NCBI GenBank assembly: GCA_963555985.3
Contig: OY820591.1
Location: forward strand, 1,152,001-1,216,000
Length of the DNA stretch: 64,000 nt
Direction of reading: 5' to 3'
Origin: Dehalococcoidia bacterium
Lineage (GTDB): Bacteria > Chloroflexota > Dehalococcoidia > Bin125
Below, piece after piece: positions 28,013 to 37,757 of this stretch. The notes beneath the pieces were generated by a model, which was given only the letters and a program-made list of their open reading frames with translations, was not told where the DNA came from and did no database searches. Position 1 is the stretch's first letter. The number at the start of each line of letters is the position of its first letter. A program made the position numbers and the translations under genes.

Positions 28013-29212
28013 CTACTCCTCCGAACCGCTCGTCTCCGGCGTCGGGCCGGTGAACAGCGGCAGCAAATCCGACACCCGCACGCGGTCGGCCACGGTTGGA
28101 TCGAGCAGTACCCGCGCCCCGTTGAGGAAGACCCGCGGATGCAGCTCGTTGTAGTCCAACAAGTACGCCAACATCATCGCCGAGACCGAGAGGTAGCCCT
28201 GGATCAGCGGGTGGTCCCAAACGAGGAACTGCACATTACCTGCCTCCACTTCGGCGGCCAGCGCTTCGCTGAAGCCGAAGCTGCCCAGGGGAATCTCCAG
28301 CTCCAGCGCCTGCAACTCGGACAGCACGGTCAACGCGGTGTCGGCGTTCAGGGTCAGGATCGCGCCGATCCCGCCTTCCGCGATCCGCGCCGCGATCGCC
28401 GCTTGCGCCGCTCCCAGATCGGGCGCGCCCTGCGGATCAATCGTCAGCCGCTCCACTTGGCCGCCGTCGTAGCCGTCCGCGAGGCCTTCGCAGCGCTCGT
28501 CGAGGCCGATGTTGTTGGCTTCATGCACGACGCAGAGCACCGTGCCCTCGACGTCGTGCGCGTCGAACTGATTGCCCGCGCGGAGACCGCCGGCATAGTC
28601 GTCCACGCCCACGTGAATCACCGAACCGACCCGAGCCGCCTCGCGGTTGCCGGAGTTGAAGGTCGCCACGATCATGCCGGCCTCAGCAGCTTCCGCCAGC
28701 ACCGGCGCCAAGTCGTCGGGGTACGGCAACGAGCTGGCGATCGCGACCGGGTTGTAGGCCAGACAGTTGCGTATGTCATTGATGTGTTCAGCGCTATCGC
28801 GTCCGGCGTAGATCCGCAGGTCAATTCCGCTCACGTATCCGGCGGCGTCGGCGACCGCCAGCAGCCACGCCCAGAAACGATCGTCCTCCGGATAAGCGTG
28901 CCCGTGGATGCACATCACCGTGCGCTCTGGCTCCGGCGCTGCGGCCTCGACAGCCACCGGCGAACTCCAATGCCATGTGCCCACCTCGGCCTCGGCGGAT
29001 AGGTACCGCGCCTCCGGCCGCTGGGTCTCCTGCCACGCGCCATCCGCTCCTCGCTGTTGGACTGCGACTTCCACCCGCCCATCCTCGACATGGCGCACGC
29101 CGACGCGCACATCGGTGGTCGCGGTCAAGGCGCTGATCACGCCCAGCGCCAGCGCGCCCAGCACCAGCCCGACGACCAGAGTGATCAGATGGGACTGCCC
29201 GACTCGCTGCAT
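28013..29212 (-). CDS. Orphan type 1 periplasmic-binding protein with N-terminal DGRxE domain (paralogue 1)
   Basis: N-terminal hydrophobic segment; DGRVE..W..P.ARYL..W..SS; HG..D.FW, TFNSG, CVVHEANNIGLDERC, DHP.IQGY. Confidence 0.8.
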   Translation of the reverse strand: MQRVGQSHLITLVVGLVLGALALGVISALTATTDVRVGVRHVEDGRVEVAVQQRGADGAWQETQRPEARYLSAEAEVGTWHWSSPVAVEAAAPEPERTVMCIHGHAYPEDDRFWAWLLAVADAAGYVSGIDLRIYAGRDSAEHINDIRNCLAYNPVAIASSLPYPDDLAPVLAEAAEAGMIVATFNSGNREAARVGSVIHVGVDDYAGGLRAGNQFDAHDVEGTVLCVVHEANNIGLDERCEGLADGYDGGQVERLTIDPQGAPDLGAAQAAIAARIAEGGIGAILTLNADTALTVLSELQALELEIPLGSFGFSEALAAEVEAGNVQFLVWDHPLIQGYLSVSAMMLAYLLDYNELHPRVFLNGARVLLDPTVADRVRVSDLLPLFTGPTPETSGSEE

Positions 29213-29292
29213 CGCGTTCCCCGCTCATACTCGTCTGGCTCTGTCTCACCAGAGCATAAGCGGGGAACGGCTCTGAACCCGATCGGCGCGGC

Positions 29293-30849
29293 TCAGCGCG
29301 GCGACACCAATCCCTGCAACAACGCCAGGGCGACCGCCTGATCCGCGATCCGCGGCACGATGTACAGGACCGAACTGCCCAGGTAGACATCAGCCGGCGC
29401 ATCGAGGATGTTGGCCAGGCTCATCGTGGCCGTCGTCAGGTAGCCCTGCACCAGCGGGTGATCCTCGACCACGAACAGCAGCGCGCCGCTCAACACCTGC
29501 GTCACGTTGACCAACTCAACCCCGAACGTCGCCCCGACCACGTCGGATCCCGTGCGGGAGATCGCGACGCCGAGCAGGATGCCCGTGTTCCCGTTCAACG
29601 TGATGATCCCGGCCGGCGCGTCCGGGCCGCTGACCAATCCGAAGAATGTCTGGGCCACGGCGTTCCGGTCGGCCAGATGATGAATCGGGAACCGCTCGAC
29701 CTCGCCGCCGTAGCCCTCGGCGAACCCATCGCAGCGCTGCTCCAGGCCGACGTTGTTCGCCTCATGCAGGACGCAGAGCACCTTGCCCTCTACGCCTTCC
29801 GCCTGGAAGCGCTCGCCGGCGAGCACGCCGCCGCGATAATCGTCCAACGCGATGTGCAACACAGATCCGACCCGCGCCGCGCTCTCGGCGCCGGAGTTGT
29901 ACGTGACGACCGGGATGCCCGCCGCTCGCGCCGCCGCGATCGGCTCGGCCACCTGCTCCGCATCCGCCAGCGTCGTCGCGATCACGCTCGCCCCGGCCTC
30001 GATGCACTCGCCGATCGCCGCCGCTTGCCCGTCGCTGCCGCCGTGAATGACCCGGGCATTGGTCCCCAGGTCGGCGCCCGCCGTCCCAGCGGTCGCTCCC
30101 AGGCGTCCCCAGAACGTGTCGGTCGTTGAGTCGCCGAACGCGCCGGGTGGACCGTGACCGACGATGCAGAACAGATCGTCCGCCGGAGTTCGATTGGGAC
30201 GGAACTCGCGAACGAACGCGTAGAACGCGGGCGACTCGCCCGGTGGCGGCGGTGCCTGCGCGGCCATGATCGCAGTCGACAGACTCGTGGCGATGCCGAA
30301 GTCCACCGCTTCCGACGCCGCCATTGCCGCGCTGTACTGCCCGATCAATTCCGCCGGGTTCAGCGACGAGATCGTGGTCACCTCGCCGTCGTGCAGCTCC
30401 CGAATGGTGTCGCAGATGCGGTGCAGATCGTCTCCATGCGTGTCCGAGACGAGGCACAAGACCGGTTGGCCCGGAGCAATGTGCCCCGACTCTACGAACT
30501 CCCTGGGATCAGCGGTGATGTCATAGCGCGCGCCCGTGTGCGCCGCGCCGACCGGCGCATCGACGGCAACCGGCGAACTGTTGCGCCAGACATTCGCTTC
30601 GGCGTCAGCCGCGAGGAATCGCGCCGCCGGCAGCAGCCGCTCGCCCCAGCCGTCGCCCTCGCGCTGCTGTACTCCGACCTCTACGCGCCCGTCGTCCAGC
30701 CGCTTGGCTAGAACCCGAACCTCCAGTTCATTTCCGCTGCTGTTGTCATCGTTGGATTGCACGACCCCCAGCACGAGCGCGCCGACGGCCATGCTCAGCA
30801 GCGATGTGAGCAACAACGCAGACGCGAACAGACGCTTGGAGATAGTCAT
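29293..30849 (-). CDS. Orphan type 1 periplasmic-binding protein with DGRxE domain and extra internal module (paralogue 2)
   Basis: Same motifs as paralogue 1 plus ~100 extra residues. Confidence 0.8.
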   Translation of the reverse strand: MTISKRLFASALLLTSLLSMAVGALVLGVVQSNDDNSSGNELEVRVLAKRLDDGRVEVGVQQREGDGWGERLLPAARFLAADAEANVWRNSSPVAVDAPVGAAHTGARYDITADPREFVESGHIAPGQPVLCLVSDTHGDDLHRICDTIRELHDGEVTTISSLNPAELIGQYSAAMAASEAVDFGIATSLSTAIMAAQAPPPPGESPAFYAFVREFRPNRTPADDLFCIVGHGPPGAFGDSTTDTFWGRLGATAGTAGADLGTNARVIHGGSDGQAAAIGECIEAGASVIATTLADAEQVAEPIAAARAAGIPVVTYNSGAESAARVGSVLHIALDDYRGGVLAGERFQAEGVEGKVLCVLHEANNVGLEQRCDGFAEGYGGEVERFPIHHLADRNAVAQTFFGLVSGPDAPAGIITLNGNTGILLGVAISRTGSDVVGATFGVELVNVTQVLSGALLFVVEDHPLVQGYLTTATMSLANILDAPADVYLGSSVLYIVPRIADQAVALALLQGLVSPR

Positions 30850-30900
30850 GACGAACTCTCAATCTGCCTAGACAATGCGCCTTAGTCGAACGCGCGCAGG

Positions 30901-31131
30901 CTAGGACATGTTCAGACTGCGCGAAGTGTATCGGCGCTGTTTGGCGGGAGAATTTCGGAGGGATTGAGCGGATCTCCTGGCGAGCGCTGAGGATCGTGCG
31001 TTCGCGGGTCTGGATTTGTCCAGATTTGTCCAGATCCGTCTGGATTCATCTCGATTCGGGCGGATTTTTTCCAGGCGAATCCGGGCTTGTCCAGCACTGT
31101 TCAGGTTTGGCGCGAGTCGCGCATGGGACAC
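30901..31131 (-). CDS. Possible small ORF spanning the phased array (may be non-coding)
   Basis: GGGAGA RBS before GTG; TATAAT at 31170-31175 on the minus strand; low-complexity product. Confidence 0.3.
   Translation of the reverse strand: MSHARLAPNLNSAGQARIRLEKIRPNRDESRRIWTNLDKSRPANARSSALARRSAQSLRNSPAKQRRYTSRSLNMS
31008..31110. repeat. 10-bp-phased array (element copy 2)
   Basis: GTCTGGATTT GTCCAGATTT GTCCAGATCC GTCTGGATTC ATCTCGATTC, then TTCCAG/ATCCGG/GTCCAG/GTTCAG at 10-bp spacing. Confidence 0.8.
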
Positions 31132-31215
31132 AGCGGTCTCCCATTGGCTTCGTGCGTGTATATGTTCTGATTATACCCGGTTTCGCCTCGGTGGAGGAGG
31201 GCGGGGCGGGGACCG

Positions 31216-31232
31216 CCGAGGCTCAGCCTCGG
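31216..31232. repeat. Perfect 17-bp palindrome
   Basis: CCGAGGCT-C-AGCCTCGG in the divergent intergenic region. Confidence 0.5.
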
Positions 31233-31379
31233 GACCAGCGCGCGTGCGGGCCGGCCGCGCTCGTGGTTGTGTGAACAGGCCCGAGCCCGTGACGACGGCG
31301 CGCGTGAAAGTCGGGGCTACCCTGCAGTCAAGCGGATCAATTCGAGACCGCCGCCGCCAGCCCGATCGGAGCGTCTTCC

Positions 31380-33689
31380 ATGCCGTCCACCTCGTCGACG
31401 ATGTCAACCCTGCCCCAGATCGACGGAGAGCTGACCGCCGACGGTCTGGAAGCTCCCGTCCGCATTGTCCGCGACCGCTGGGGCGTGCCCCACGCCGAGG
31501 CGCAATCGGCCCGCGACGCCTTCTTCGCGCAGGGCTTCTGCCTCGGACAGGATCGCGGCTGGCAGCTTGAGTTGTACCGGCACATGGCGCACGGACGCGC
31601 TGCGTCGCTGCTGAACAAGGGGCTGCTGCGGATCGACAAGCTCAACCGCACGCTCGGCTTCGGCCGCGACGCCGCGCGCGAGTGGGAGGAGCAGTCGGAC
31701 GAGGCGCGCATGATCTTGCAGGCCTACGCCGACGGCGTGAACGCGGCCATTGCCGCCGGACCTGATCCGGTCGAATTCGGGCTGCTGGATCACACGATGC
31801 AACCGTGGTCGCCGGTCGACTCGCTCGCGATCCTCAAGATGGTGTCAGCCAACGTGCACTGGGGGATCAAGATCGGCAACGGCGAAGTCGCCTCGCGGCT
31901 TGGGCTCGAGGGATTGCAAGCACTGATCCCCGACGTGCCCGCCGACGCCGCGCTGATCGCGCCCGCCGGCGCATCGTGGACCAACGGCGCCCACGCCTTC
32001 GCCGGCGCGCTCGCCGACCTCGAATCCGAGCCGGGCACGCGGCGCGGCGGACTGGATGGCTCCAACTGCTGGGTGATCGACGGCGCGCACACCGCCAGCG
32101 GCAAGCCGCTGGTCGTCGGCGACCCGCATCTCGCCTTCAGCGTCCCCCCGCAGTGGTACGTCATGCATATGCAGTGCCCCGAGTTCACCGTCGCCGGGCC
32201 GTGCAGCCCCGGCTATCCGGGACCGGTCTACTACGGACATAACACGCAGATCGGCTGGACGATGACCCACGCCCAGGGCGACCGCTGGGACGTCTACCGC
32301 GAGCGGATCGTGCGCAACGGCTCGGGCCCCGAGGCCAAATGGCTCGACAGCTCAGAACCGCTGCAACGGCGCGACGAAGTGATCGAGATCCGCGATGAGG
32401 AGCCGATCACCCAGACCGTCTGGTCAACGCGGCACGGCCCGGTCGTGCACGGCGACCCTGAGTCCGACGACGAAGTCCTTGCCGCCCGATTTGGCCTTGC
32501 TGACCCCTGCCACGACTTCGACGGAATGCTGACCATCTTCACCGCCGACAACATCCACGACGCGCGGCAAGGGTTCCGCCGCTACGACTCGATCTCAGGC
32601 AACTTCTGCTTCGCCGACCAGCAAGGCGACATCGGCTACCAGTACACCGGTCGCATCCCGATCCGCGCGGCCAAGCTCACGCCGGTCAACGGCTGGGACG
32701 GCGAGCACGAATGGAACGGCGATATCCCCGCCGACGAGCTGCCGCAAGACCTGAACCCAGCCGACGGTGTGATTATCACCGCCAACAATCGCACGACGAC
32801 CGACGACTACCCCTACTACCTCAGCTTCAGCCAGACGCCCTACCGCGCCGACCGCCTGCGCGAACTGCTGCAAGGCCGCGACGACTGGTCGCCCGAAGAC
32901 ATGCCCGAAATCCAGTCCGACCAGACCAGCCTGCACGCCCGCTACATTGCCGCTCGCGTCGGACGGGCCAACATCGGCAACGGAACCGCCGCCCCCTCCC
33001 GTCATTCCCGCGCAGGCGGGAATCTCGCCTCCGAGCTACAGGCGATGCTGGCCAACTGGGACGGCCACATGGCCGTTGATTCCGCCGCCGCGCTGGCCTA
33101 CTACGAGTTCTGCGAGCAACTGATCGCGCTGACCGTCCGTCCCTACTTCAATGCCCCGTCGCGGATTCCTCAGAGCTCGTACGAGGAGATGCGCATCCTC
33201 CACGAGCAATTGAAGGCGGATAGTTCGCTCACCCTGCCCAATGGCAAGTCTTGGAACGACGCGATCGCCGAAGCGCTCACCACCACCGCCGCAGTGCTGA
33301 CCGAGCGCCACGGCCCCGATCGCAGCCAATGGCAGTACGGCGACGCGCATCCCGTCACCTGGCGGCACAACCTCGGCCGCGATCCTGAACGCGCCGCTCG
33401 CTTCAATGTCGGCGATTTTCCCAAGGGCGGAGACGGCAACACGCCCAACAACGCAACCGGCTTGATCAACAAGCCCGCCGACCACGGCGTGAGTTACCGC
33501 CAAATCTTCGACCTGTCCGATCTCAACGGCGCACGGATCGTACTGCCGCCGGGCAACTCCGGCCGGCCCGACAGCCCGCATTACAGCGACCACATCCACA
33601 AGTGGCTGGAGATGGAGTACTTCCCGCTCTACATCGAGTGGGCCGACATCGAAGCCAACGCGGAGGGCGCGCTGACCCTGCGCTCGTAA
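31380..33689 (+). CDS. Penicillin acylase family Ntn-hydrolase
   Basis: RDRWGVPH, QDR.WQ, GSNCW nucleophile Ser, GDPHL, GHN, TRHGP, TANN, GNSG..SPHY; no clear signal peptide. Confidence 0.93.
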   Translation: MPSTSSTMSTLPQIDGELTADGLEAPVRIVRDRWGVPHAEAQSARDAFFAQGFCLGQDRGWQLELYRHMAHGRAASLLNKGLLRIDKLNRTLGFGRDAAREWEEQSDEARMILQAYADGVNAAIAAGPDPVEFGLLDHTMQPWSPVDSLAILKMVSANVHWGIKIGNGEVASRLGLEGLQALIPDVPADAALIAPAGASWTNGAHAFAGALADLESEPGTRRGGLDGSNCWVIDGAHTASGKPLVVGDPHLAFSVPPQWYVMHMQCPEFTVAGPCSPGYPGPVYYGHNTQIGWTMTHAQGDRWDVYRERIVRNGSGPEAKWLDSSEPLQRRDEVIEIRDEEPITQTVWSTRHGPVVHGDPESDDEVLAARFGLADPCHDFDGMLTIFTADNIHDARQGFRRYDSISGNFCFADQQGDIGYQYTGRIPIRAAKLTPVNGWDGEHEWNGDIPADELPQDLNPADGVIITANNRTTTDDYPYYLSFSQTPYRADRLRELLQGRDDWSPEDMPEIQSDQTSLHARYIAARVGRANIGNGTAAPSRHSRAGGNLASELQAMLANWDGHMAVDSAAALAYYEFCEQLIALTVRPYFNAPSRIPQSSYEEMRILHEQLKADSSLTLPNGKSWNDAIAEALTTTAAVLTERHGPDRSQWQYGDAHPVTWRHNLGRDPERAARFNVGDFPKGGDGNTPNNATGLINKPADHGVSYRQIFDLSDLNGARIVLPPGNSGRPDSPHYSDHIHKWLEMEYFPLYIEWADIEANAEGALTLRS
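32999..33027 (+). repeat. Family A palindromic repeat inserted in-frame in the acylase gene
   Basis: CCGTCATTCCCGCGCAGGCGGGAATCTCG, identical to the reverse complement of 2488-2516; read as RHSRAGGNL. Confidence 0.9.
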
Positions 33690-33734
33690 CACCCGCCCGT
33701 TCAATGCCTGGCGGGGTTGGCGGGGCCGTTGCGT

Positions 33735-34994
33735 TCACTCGCCTGTCGGCGGGGTGAACGGATACAGGTCGCCGACGGGCCGGAAGTAGCGCGCCATGAA
33801 CAACGCCTGTTCGCGCAAGAACACCCTCGGCGTCAGCAGCAGTGGCGCCGATCCGTAAGTGTTCGCGCCCGCGGCGGATGAACCGCCCCATGACGGCAAC
33901 GTTTCCTGCGTCAGTTTCATCATTGCGACCGCGGCGTAGCCCTGCGTCGTCGGCTCGTCCCAGATGAAGAAGAGCATCCGGCCATCGATCACCGCCTCGA
34001 TCGAATGGCGACCCACGCCGAATGTGGCCAGCGGGATTCGCAGATCGAATCTCTCCATGATTTCCAGGACGACATCACCGATCGCCCCGTTGAGCGTGAC
34101 GACGACGCCAACCCTCGGTAGGTCGGGTCGGGCCATTCGCGCTCCGATGGCGCGCGCGATGCCTTCCCAGTCGCCGATCTCCGGTGTGTAGAGGCGCTCA
34201 ACCTCGCCCCCGTATGCGTCGGCGAGTCCGTCGCAGCGGCGCTCGAGGCCCGTGTTCTGCGCCTCGTGGATGACGCAGAGCGCGAGGCCGCTGGTCCCGG
34301 CCGCGGTCAAGTGCTCGCCCGCCAGTTGTCCGCCCGTGACGTTGTCGAGGCCGACATGCATGACCGTGCCGACGGCCGAGGCCGCTTCAACCCCGGAGTT
34401 GAAGCTGACCAGGGCGATGCCCGCCTGGTCCGCGGCGGCCAGCGAATCCTTCAGCGGATCGGGATCCGCCAGCGTTGTCGCGATTCCGACTGCCCCGTCG
34501 GCGACGCACTGGTCGATCAATGCCGCCTGCTGTTCGGCGTCGTCGTGGCCGCCGATGCGAAGGTTCAGGTTCATGTCTCGAGCGGCAACGGCGGCGGCTG
34601 CGCGGGCGAAGCGCCAGAACACATCCTCCGCCGCGCCGTGGTGAATGAAGCAGTACAGGTCGTCGCTGCCCGGCGAATCGACCGCCAGGCCCGCTAACGA
34701 AACGGCGGACGATGATCTCCATTCGCCTACGGTTGCGTCACCGGGCAGGAACCGGGCCGTCGGCAGCAGACGCTCGCTCCAACCATCTACGCCGCCCTGT
34801 TGCAGTCCGACCTCCGTACGTCCGTCTGCAAGTACCCGGGCCTGGACGCGCACCTCATTGTCGTTGGTTCCGCCCTGCTGCGCTTGCGTCTGGCCGAGCA
34901 GATACGCCCCCAGCCCGAGTCCGACGACCACGAACAGGGCGAATACGCCCGCACTGAGCAGCCTTGGCTGTTGAATCAACGAATGCCATCTCAT
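33735..34994 (-). CDS. Orphan type 1 periplasmic-binding protein with DGRxE domain (paralogue 3)
   Basis: DGRTE..WSERLLPTARFL..W.SSS; HHG..D.FW; SFNSG; CVIHE..N.GLERRCDG; AAGGAG RBS. Confidence 0.8.
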   Translation of the reverse strand: MRWHSLIQQPRLLSAGVFALFVVVGLGLGAYLLGQTQAQQGGTNDNEVRVQARVLADGRTEVGLQQGGVDGWSERLLPTARFLPGDATVGEWRSSSAVSLAGLAVDSPGSDDLYCFIHHGAAEDVFWRFARAAAAVAARDMNLNLRIGGHDDAEQQAALIDQCVADGAVGIATTLADPDPLKDSLAAADQAGIALVSFNSGVEAASAVGTVMHVGLDNVTGGQLAGEHLTAAGTSGLALCVIHEAQNTGLERRCDGLADAYGGEVERLYTPEIGDWEGIARAIGARMARPDLPRVGVVVTLNGAIGDVVLEIMERFDLRIPLATFGVGRHSIEAVIDGRMLFFIWDEPTTQGYAAVAMMKLTQETLPSWGGSSAAGANTYGSAPLLLTPRVFLREQALFMARYFRPVGDLYPFTPPTGE

Positions 34995-35140
34995 GTCTGT
35001 ACTCCTTCTTGAGCGGCATTAACCGTCCAGTGCGGGCTGACGCCGCCAACGCTTTCTCGGTTTCGGCTGCCAGGATCGCGCGGAGGGCGTGATCCGGTCG
35101 TCGCCCGTCTAACAGCCGCGCCGTCACAGCGGTGCGTTCA

Positions 35141-36343
35141 TCAAGGCGCTCCCTCGCCTTCGCCGCCCGATCGCTGCCCGCCCCGGAATCGCTCGACCAT
35201 GCCGGCGAGCGCTTGGGCTGTCGCTTGCGCCCGAGCAAGATCAAACACTACCGGTTCCAGCAGCACCTTCGTGCCGCCGAGCACCAGCGACGCATCCCCG
35301 AAGCGTCCGTGAAATCCTGCCTGAGCCAGTGCACCCGCTGTCGTATACGCCTGCACGTGGGGATGGTCGTAGACCACGAAGAGCAGCTGACGCTCCAGGA
35401 CCTCGAAGATGGCGGCTAAGTCCAATCCGAAGGTGGCAAGGACGATCTGCCGCTCGCCAATCGCGTTTCGGGCGATCCCGCGCAAGCCGCCATTGAGCAG
35501 CAAGATGCCGCTCACGCCCCCAGCCTCAAGTCGTTCCGCGATCTGCGCCTGCGACCCTGCCAGATCGGAGACGCCGGTCGAGTCGATCCGCAGGCGCTCG
35601 ACCGTCCCCTCGAACGTCGCCTCCAGACCGTCGCAACGCTCTTCCAGTCCGACGTTTTCGGCTTCGTGAATGATGCAGAGGATGCGGCCCTCAATCCCGT
35701 TCGCGTTGAACGTTTCGCCGGAGCGCTCGCCGCCCAGGCGATCGTCCAGGCCAATATGCATGGCGCTGCTGCTGGCCGCGGCGTATTCCGCGCCGGAGTT
35801 GAAGGTCACGATTTGCACGCCCGCGGCGCGCGCCTCAGCCAGGGCCGGCGCCAGCGTTTCAGGCGCGGCCAACGTTGAGGCGATCGCAACCGCGCCGTCT
35901 TCGACGCACTCTCGTACCAATCCCGCTTGCTTGTCTGGCGTTGACCCGGTGACGAAGCGGAGGTTCATCTTCATGTCTTCGGCGGCCTGCTCGGAGCCGG
36001 TATCAACCCCGGACCAGAAGATGTCGTCCGCCTGACCGTGACCGACGATGCAGAACAATGCGCCGTCCTGATACCGCCCTGCGCCGACATCGAGCGGGGA
36101 ACTCACCAACCATCTGCCGGCCTCGGCTTCGGCCGATAGGAAGCGCGCGTTGGGCAGTTGCCGCTCGCTCCAGCCGCCGCCCGCTTCGCGTTCCTGCAAG
36201 CCAATTTCGACCCGGCCATCCCCATGCCGCTGCGCGACGAGCCGCACCTCGCCGCCGCCGGTGTGCATCGCCAACGCTGTTCCTGCCGCTCCAATGAGCA
36301 GGCAGACGATGCCGACCAGGACATACTTGTACAGGTCTCTCAT
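35141..36343 (-). CDS. Orphan type 1 periplasmic-binding protein with DGRxE domain (paralogue 4)
   Basis: DGRVE..WSERQLPNARFL..W.VSSP; GHG..D.FW; TFNSG; CIIHE.EN.GLEERCDG. Confidence 0.8.
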   Translation of the reverse strand: MRDLYKYVLVGIVCLLIGAAGTALAMHTGGGEVRLVAQRHGDGRVEIGLQEREAGGGWSERQLPNARFLSAEAEAGRWLVSSPLDVGAGRYQDGALFCIVGHGQADDIFWSGVDTGSEQAAEDMKMNLRFVTGSTPDKQAGLVRECVEDGAVAIASTLAAPETLAPALAEARAAGVQIVTFNSGAEYAAASSSAMHIGLDDRLGGERSGETFNANGIEGRILCIIHEAENVGLEERCDGLEATFEGTVERLRIDSTGVSDLAGSQAQIAERLEAGGVSGILLLNGGLRGIARNAIGERQIVLATFGLDLAAIFEVLERQLLFVVYDHPHVQAYTTAGALAQAGFHGRFGDASLVLGGTKVLLEPVVFDLARAQATAQALAGMVERFRGGQRSGGEGEGAP

Positions 36344-36410
36344 GCGACACCACCATTCACTAGGATATCAGTGTGGCGTAATGATAGTGCCGTTAAATCG
36401 TGAAGTTCTG

Positions 36411-37673
36411 CTACGTCGTCGCCTCAACGCTGGCTCGCAGAATCGATAGCCCGCGCTCGAGATCCGCATCCTCAATCGTCAGCGGCGGCATCAGCTTGAC
36501 CACATCCGAGGCCGCGCCGCCCGAAGTCTCCATCAACAGACCGCGCTCAAACGCCGCCTCGGTAATCCGTGACGCCATCCCGTCAACCGGTGTATGTAGA
36601 CCTTGAAGCAACCCACGACCGCGCACCGTCGCGCGCAAACCTTCATGTTCCGACGCGATCGATTCCAGTTCCTCGCGGACGATCATCCCCTTGCGCCGCA
36701 CTTCATTCGAGAGCGAGTCGTCGCCCCACCAGTTCAGCGCCTCGGTCGCGGTCACAAACGCAGCGTTGTTCCCGCGAAACGTCCCGTTGTGCTCGCCCGG
36801 CTCCCAGATATCCAGCTCCGGCCGAATCAGCGTCAGCGCCATCGGCAGCCCCGCGCCTGAGATCGACTTCGAGAGGCAGATCAGGTCGGGCTGAATCTCC
36901 GCCGGCTCGAAGGAGAAGAACGTCCCCGTCCGTCCGCAGCCGGCCTGGATGTCATCCACGATCAGCAGCACGCCGTGGCGCTGGCAGCATTCCGACAATC
37001 CGCTCAGCCAGTCGAAGCTGGCGGTATGGAGGCCGCCCTCACCTTGCACCGTTTCGACAATCACGGCGGCAGGCGGTTCGCTACTGGTCAGGATCGCATC
37101 CAGCATCGAGATTGTATCCACCTCGGGACCGAGCTCACCATCGAATGGCGCTGTGATCTGGTACTCCAGCGGCACGCCCGCCGACTCGCGCTTGACGACA
37201 TTGCCGCTCAGCGCCAATGCGCCGAGCGTCATGCCGTGGAATGCGTTGCTGAACGAGACGATCGTCCGCCGTCCGGTCACCTTCCGCGCTAGCTTGAGCG
37301 CCGCCTCGACTGCGTTGGTGCCGGTCGGACCGGGGAACTGCACCTTGTACGACATCCCCCGCGGCCGCAGGATCACTTCATCAAAGCGCCGCAGGAAATC
37401 GCGCTTCGCGGGCGTCGCCATGTCCAGGCTGTGCAGTACCCCGCCCGATTGCAGATAGCGAATCAGCGCCTCAATCATCTCCGGCGGATTGTGACCGTAG
37501 TTGAGGCCGCCGGCGCCGCTGAAAAAATCCAGATAGGCGCGCCCCTGCTCGTCCCAGAGCGTTGCCCCCTGCGCACGCTCCCAGACGGTCGGCCAGGAGC
37601 GAATGTAAGAGCGTACGCTCGACTCGAGCTCCGAGAACGTGTCCATCGAATCACAGACCGTCGTTCTCGGCAT
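36411..37673 (-). CDS. ectB: Diaminobutyrate-2-oxoglutarate transaminase (start may be 37646)
   Basis: LESSVRSYIRSWP, DFFSGAG.LNYGHN, QFPGPTGTNAVE, ETVQGEGG, DDIQAGCGRTG, LSKS, PGEHNGTFRGN. Confidence 0.9.
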   Translation of the reverse strand: MPRTTVCDSMDTFSELESSVRSYIRSWPTVWERAQGATLWDEQGRAYLDFFSGAGGLNYGHNPPEMIEALIRYLQSGGVLHSLDMATPAKRDFLRRFDEVILRPRGMSYKVQFPGPTGTNAVEAALKLARKVTGRRTIVSFSNAFHGMTLGALALSGNVVKRESAGVPLEYQITAPFDGELGPEVDTISMLDAILTSSEPPAAVIVETVQGEGGLHTASFDWLSGLSECCQRHGVLLIVDDIQAGCGRTGTFFSFEPAEIQPDLICLSKSISGAGLPMALTLIRPELDIWEPGEHNGTFRGNNAAFVTATEALNWWGDDSLSNEVRRKGMIVREELESIASEHEGLRATVRGRGLLQGLHTPVDGMASRITEAAFERGLLMETSGGAASDVVKLMPPLTIEDADLERGLSILRASVEATT

Positions 37674-37757
37674 TGACCGCCCTCACCTTCGCTCCCGACC
37701 GCCTCCTTCCACTATGCACCATCATCAGGTCGCTGTCAGGCTCAGCAAGCCGGTGTG

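Noticed and set aside
36371-36398. dif-like 28-mer GTGTGGCGTAA-TGATAG-TGCCGTTAAAT
   Set aside because: The outer XerD-like arm (GTTAAAT) matches, but the conserved inner TTAT reads TGCC. The sequence is also explained as the AT-rich promoter (TATCAT on the minus strand) of paralogue 4.
36411-37673. Ectoine biosynthesis operon
   Set aside because: Only ectB is present; no ectA or ectC is adjacent.
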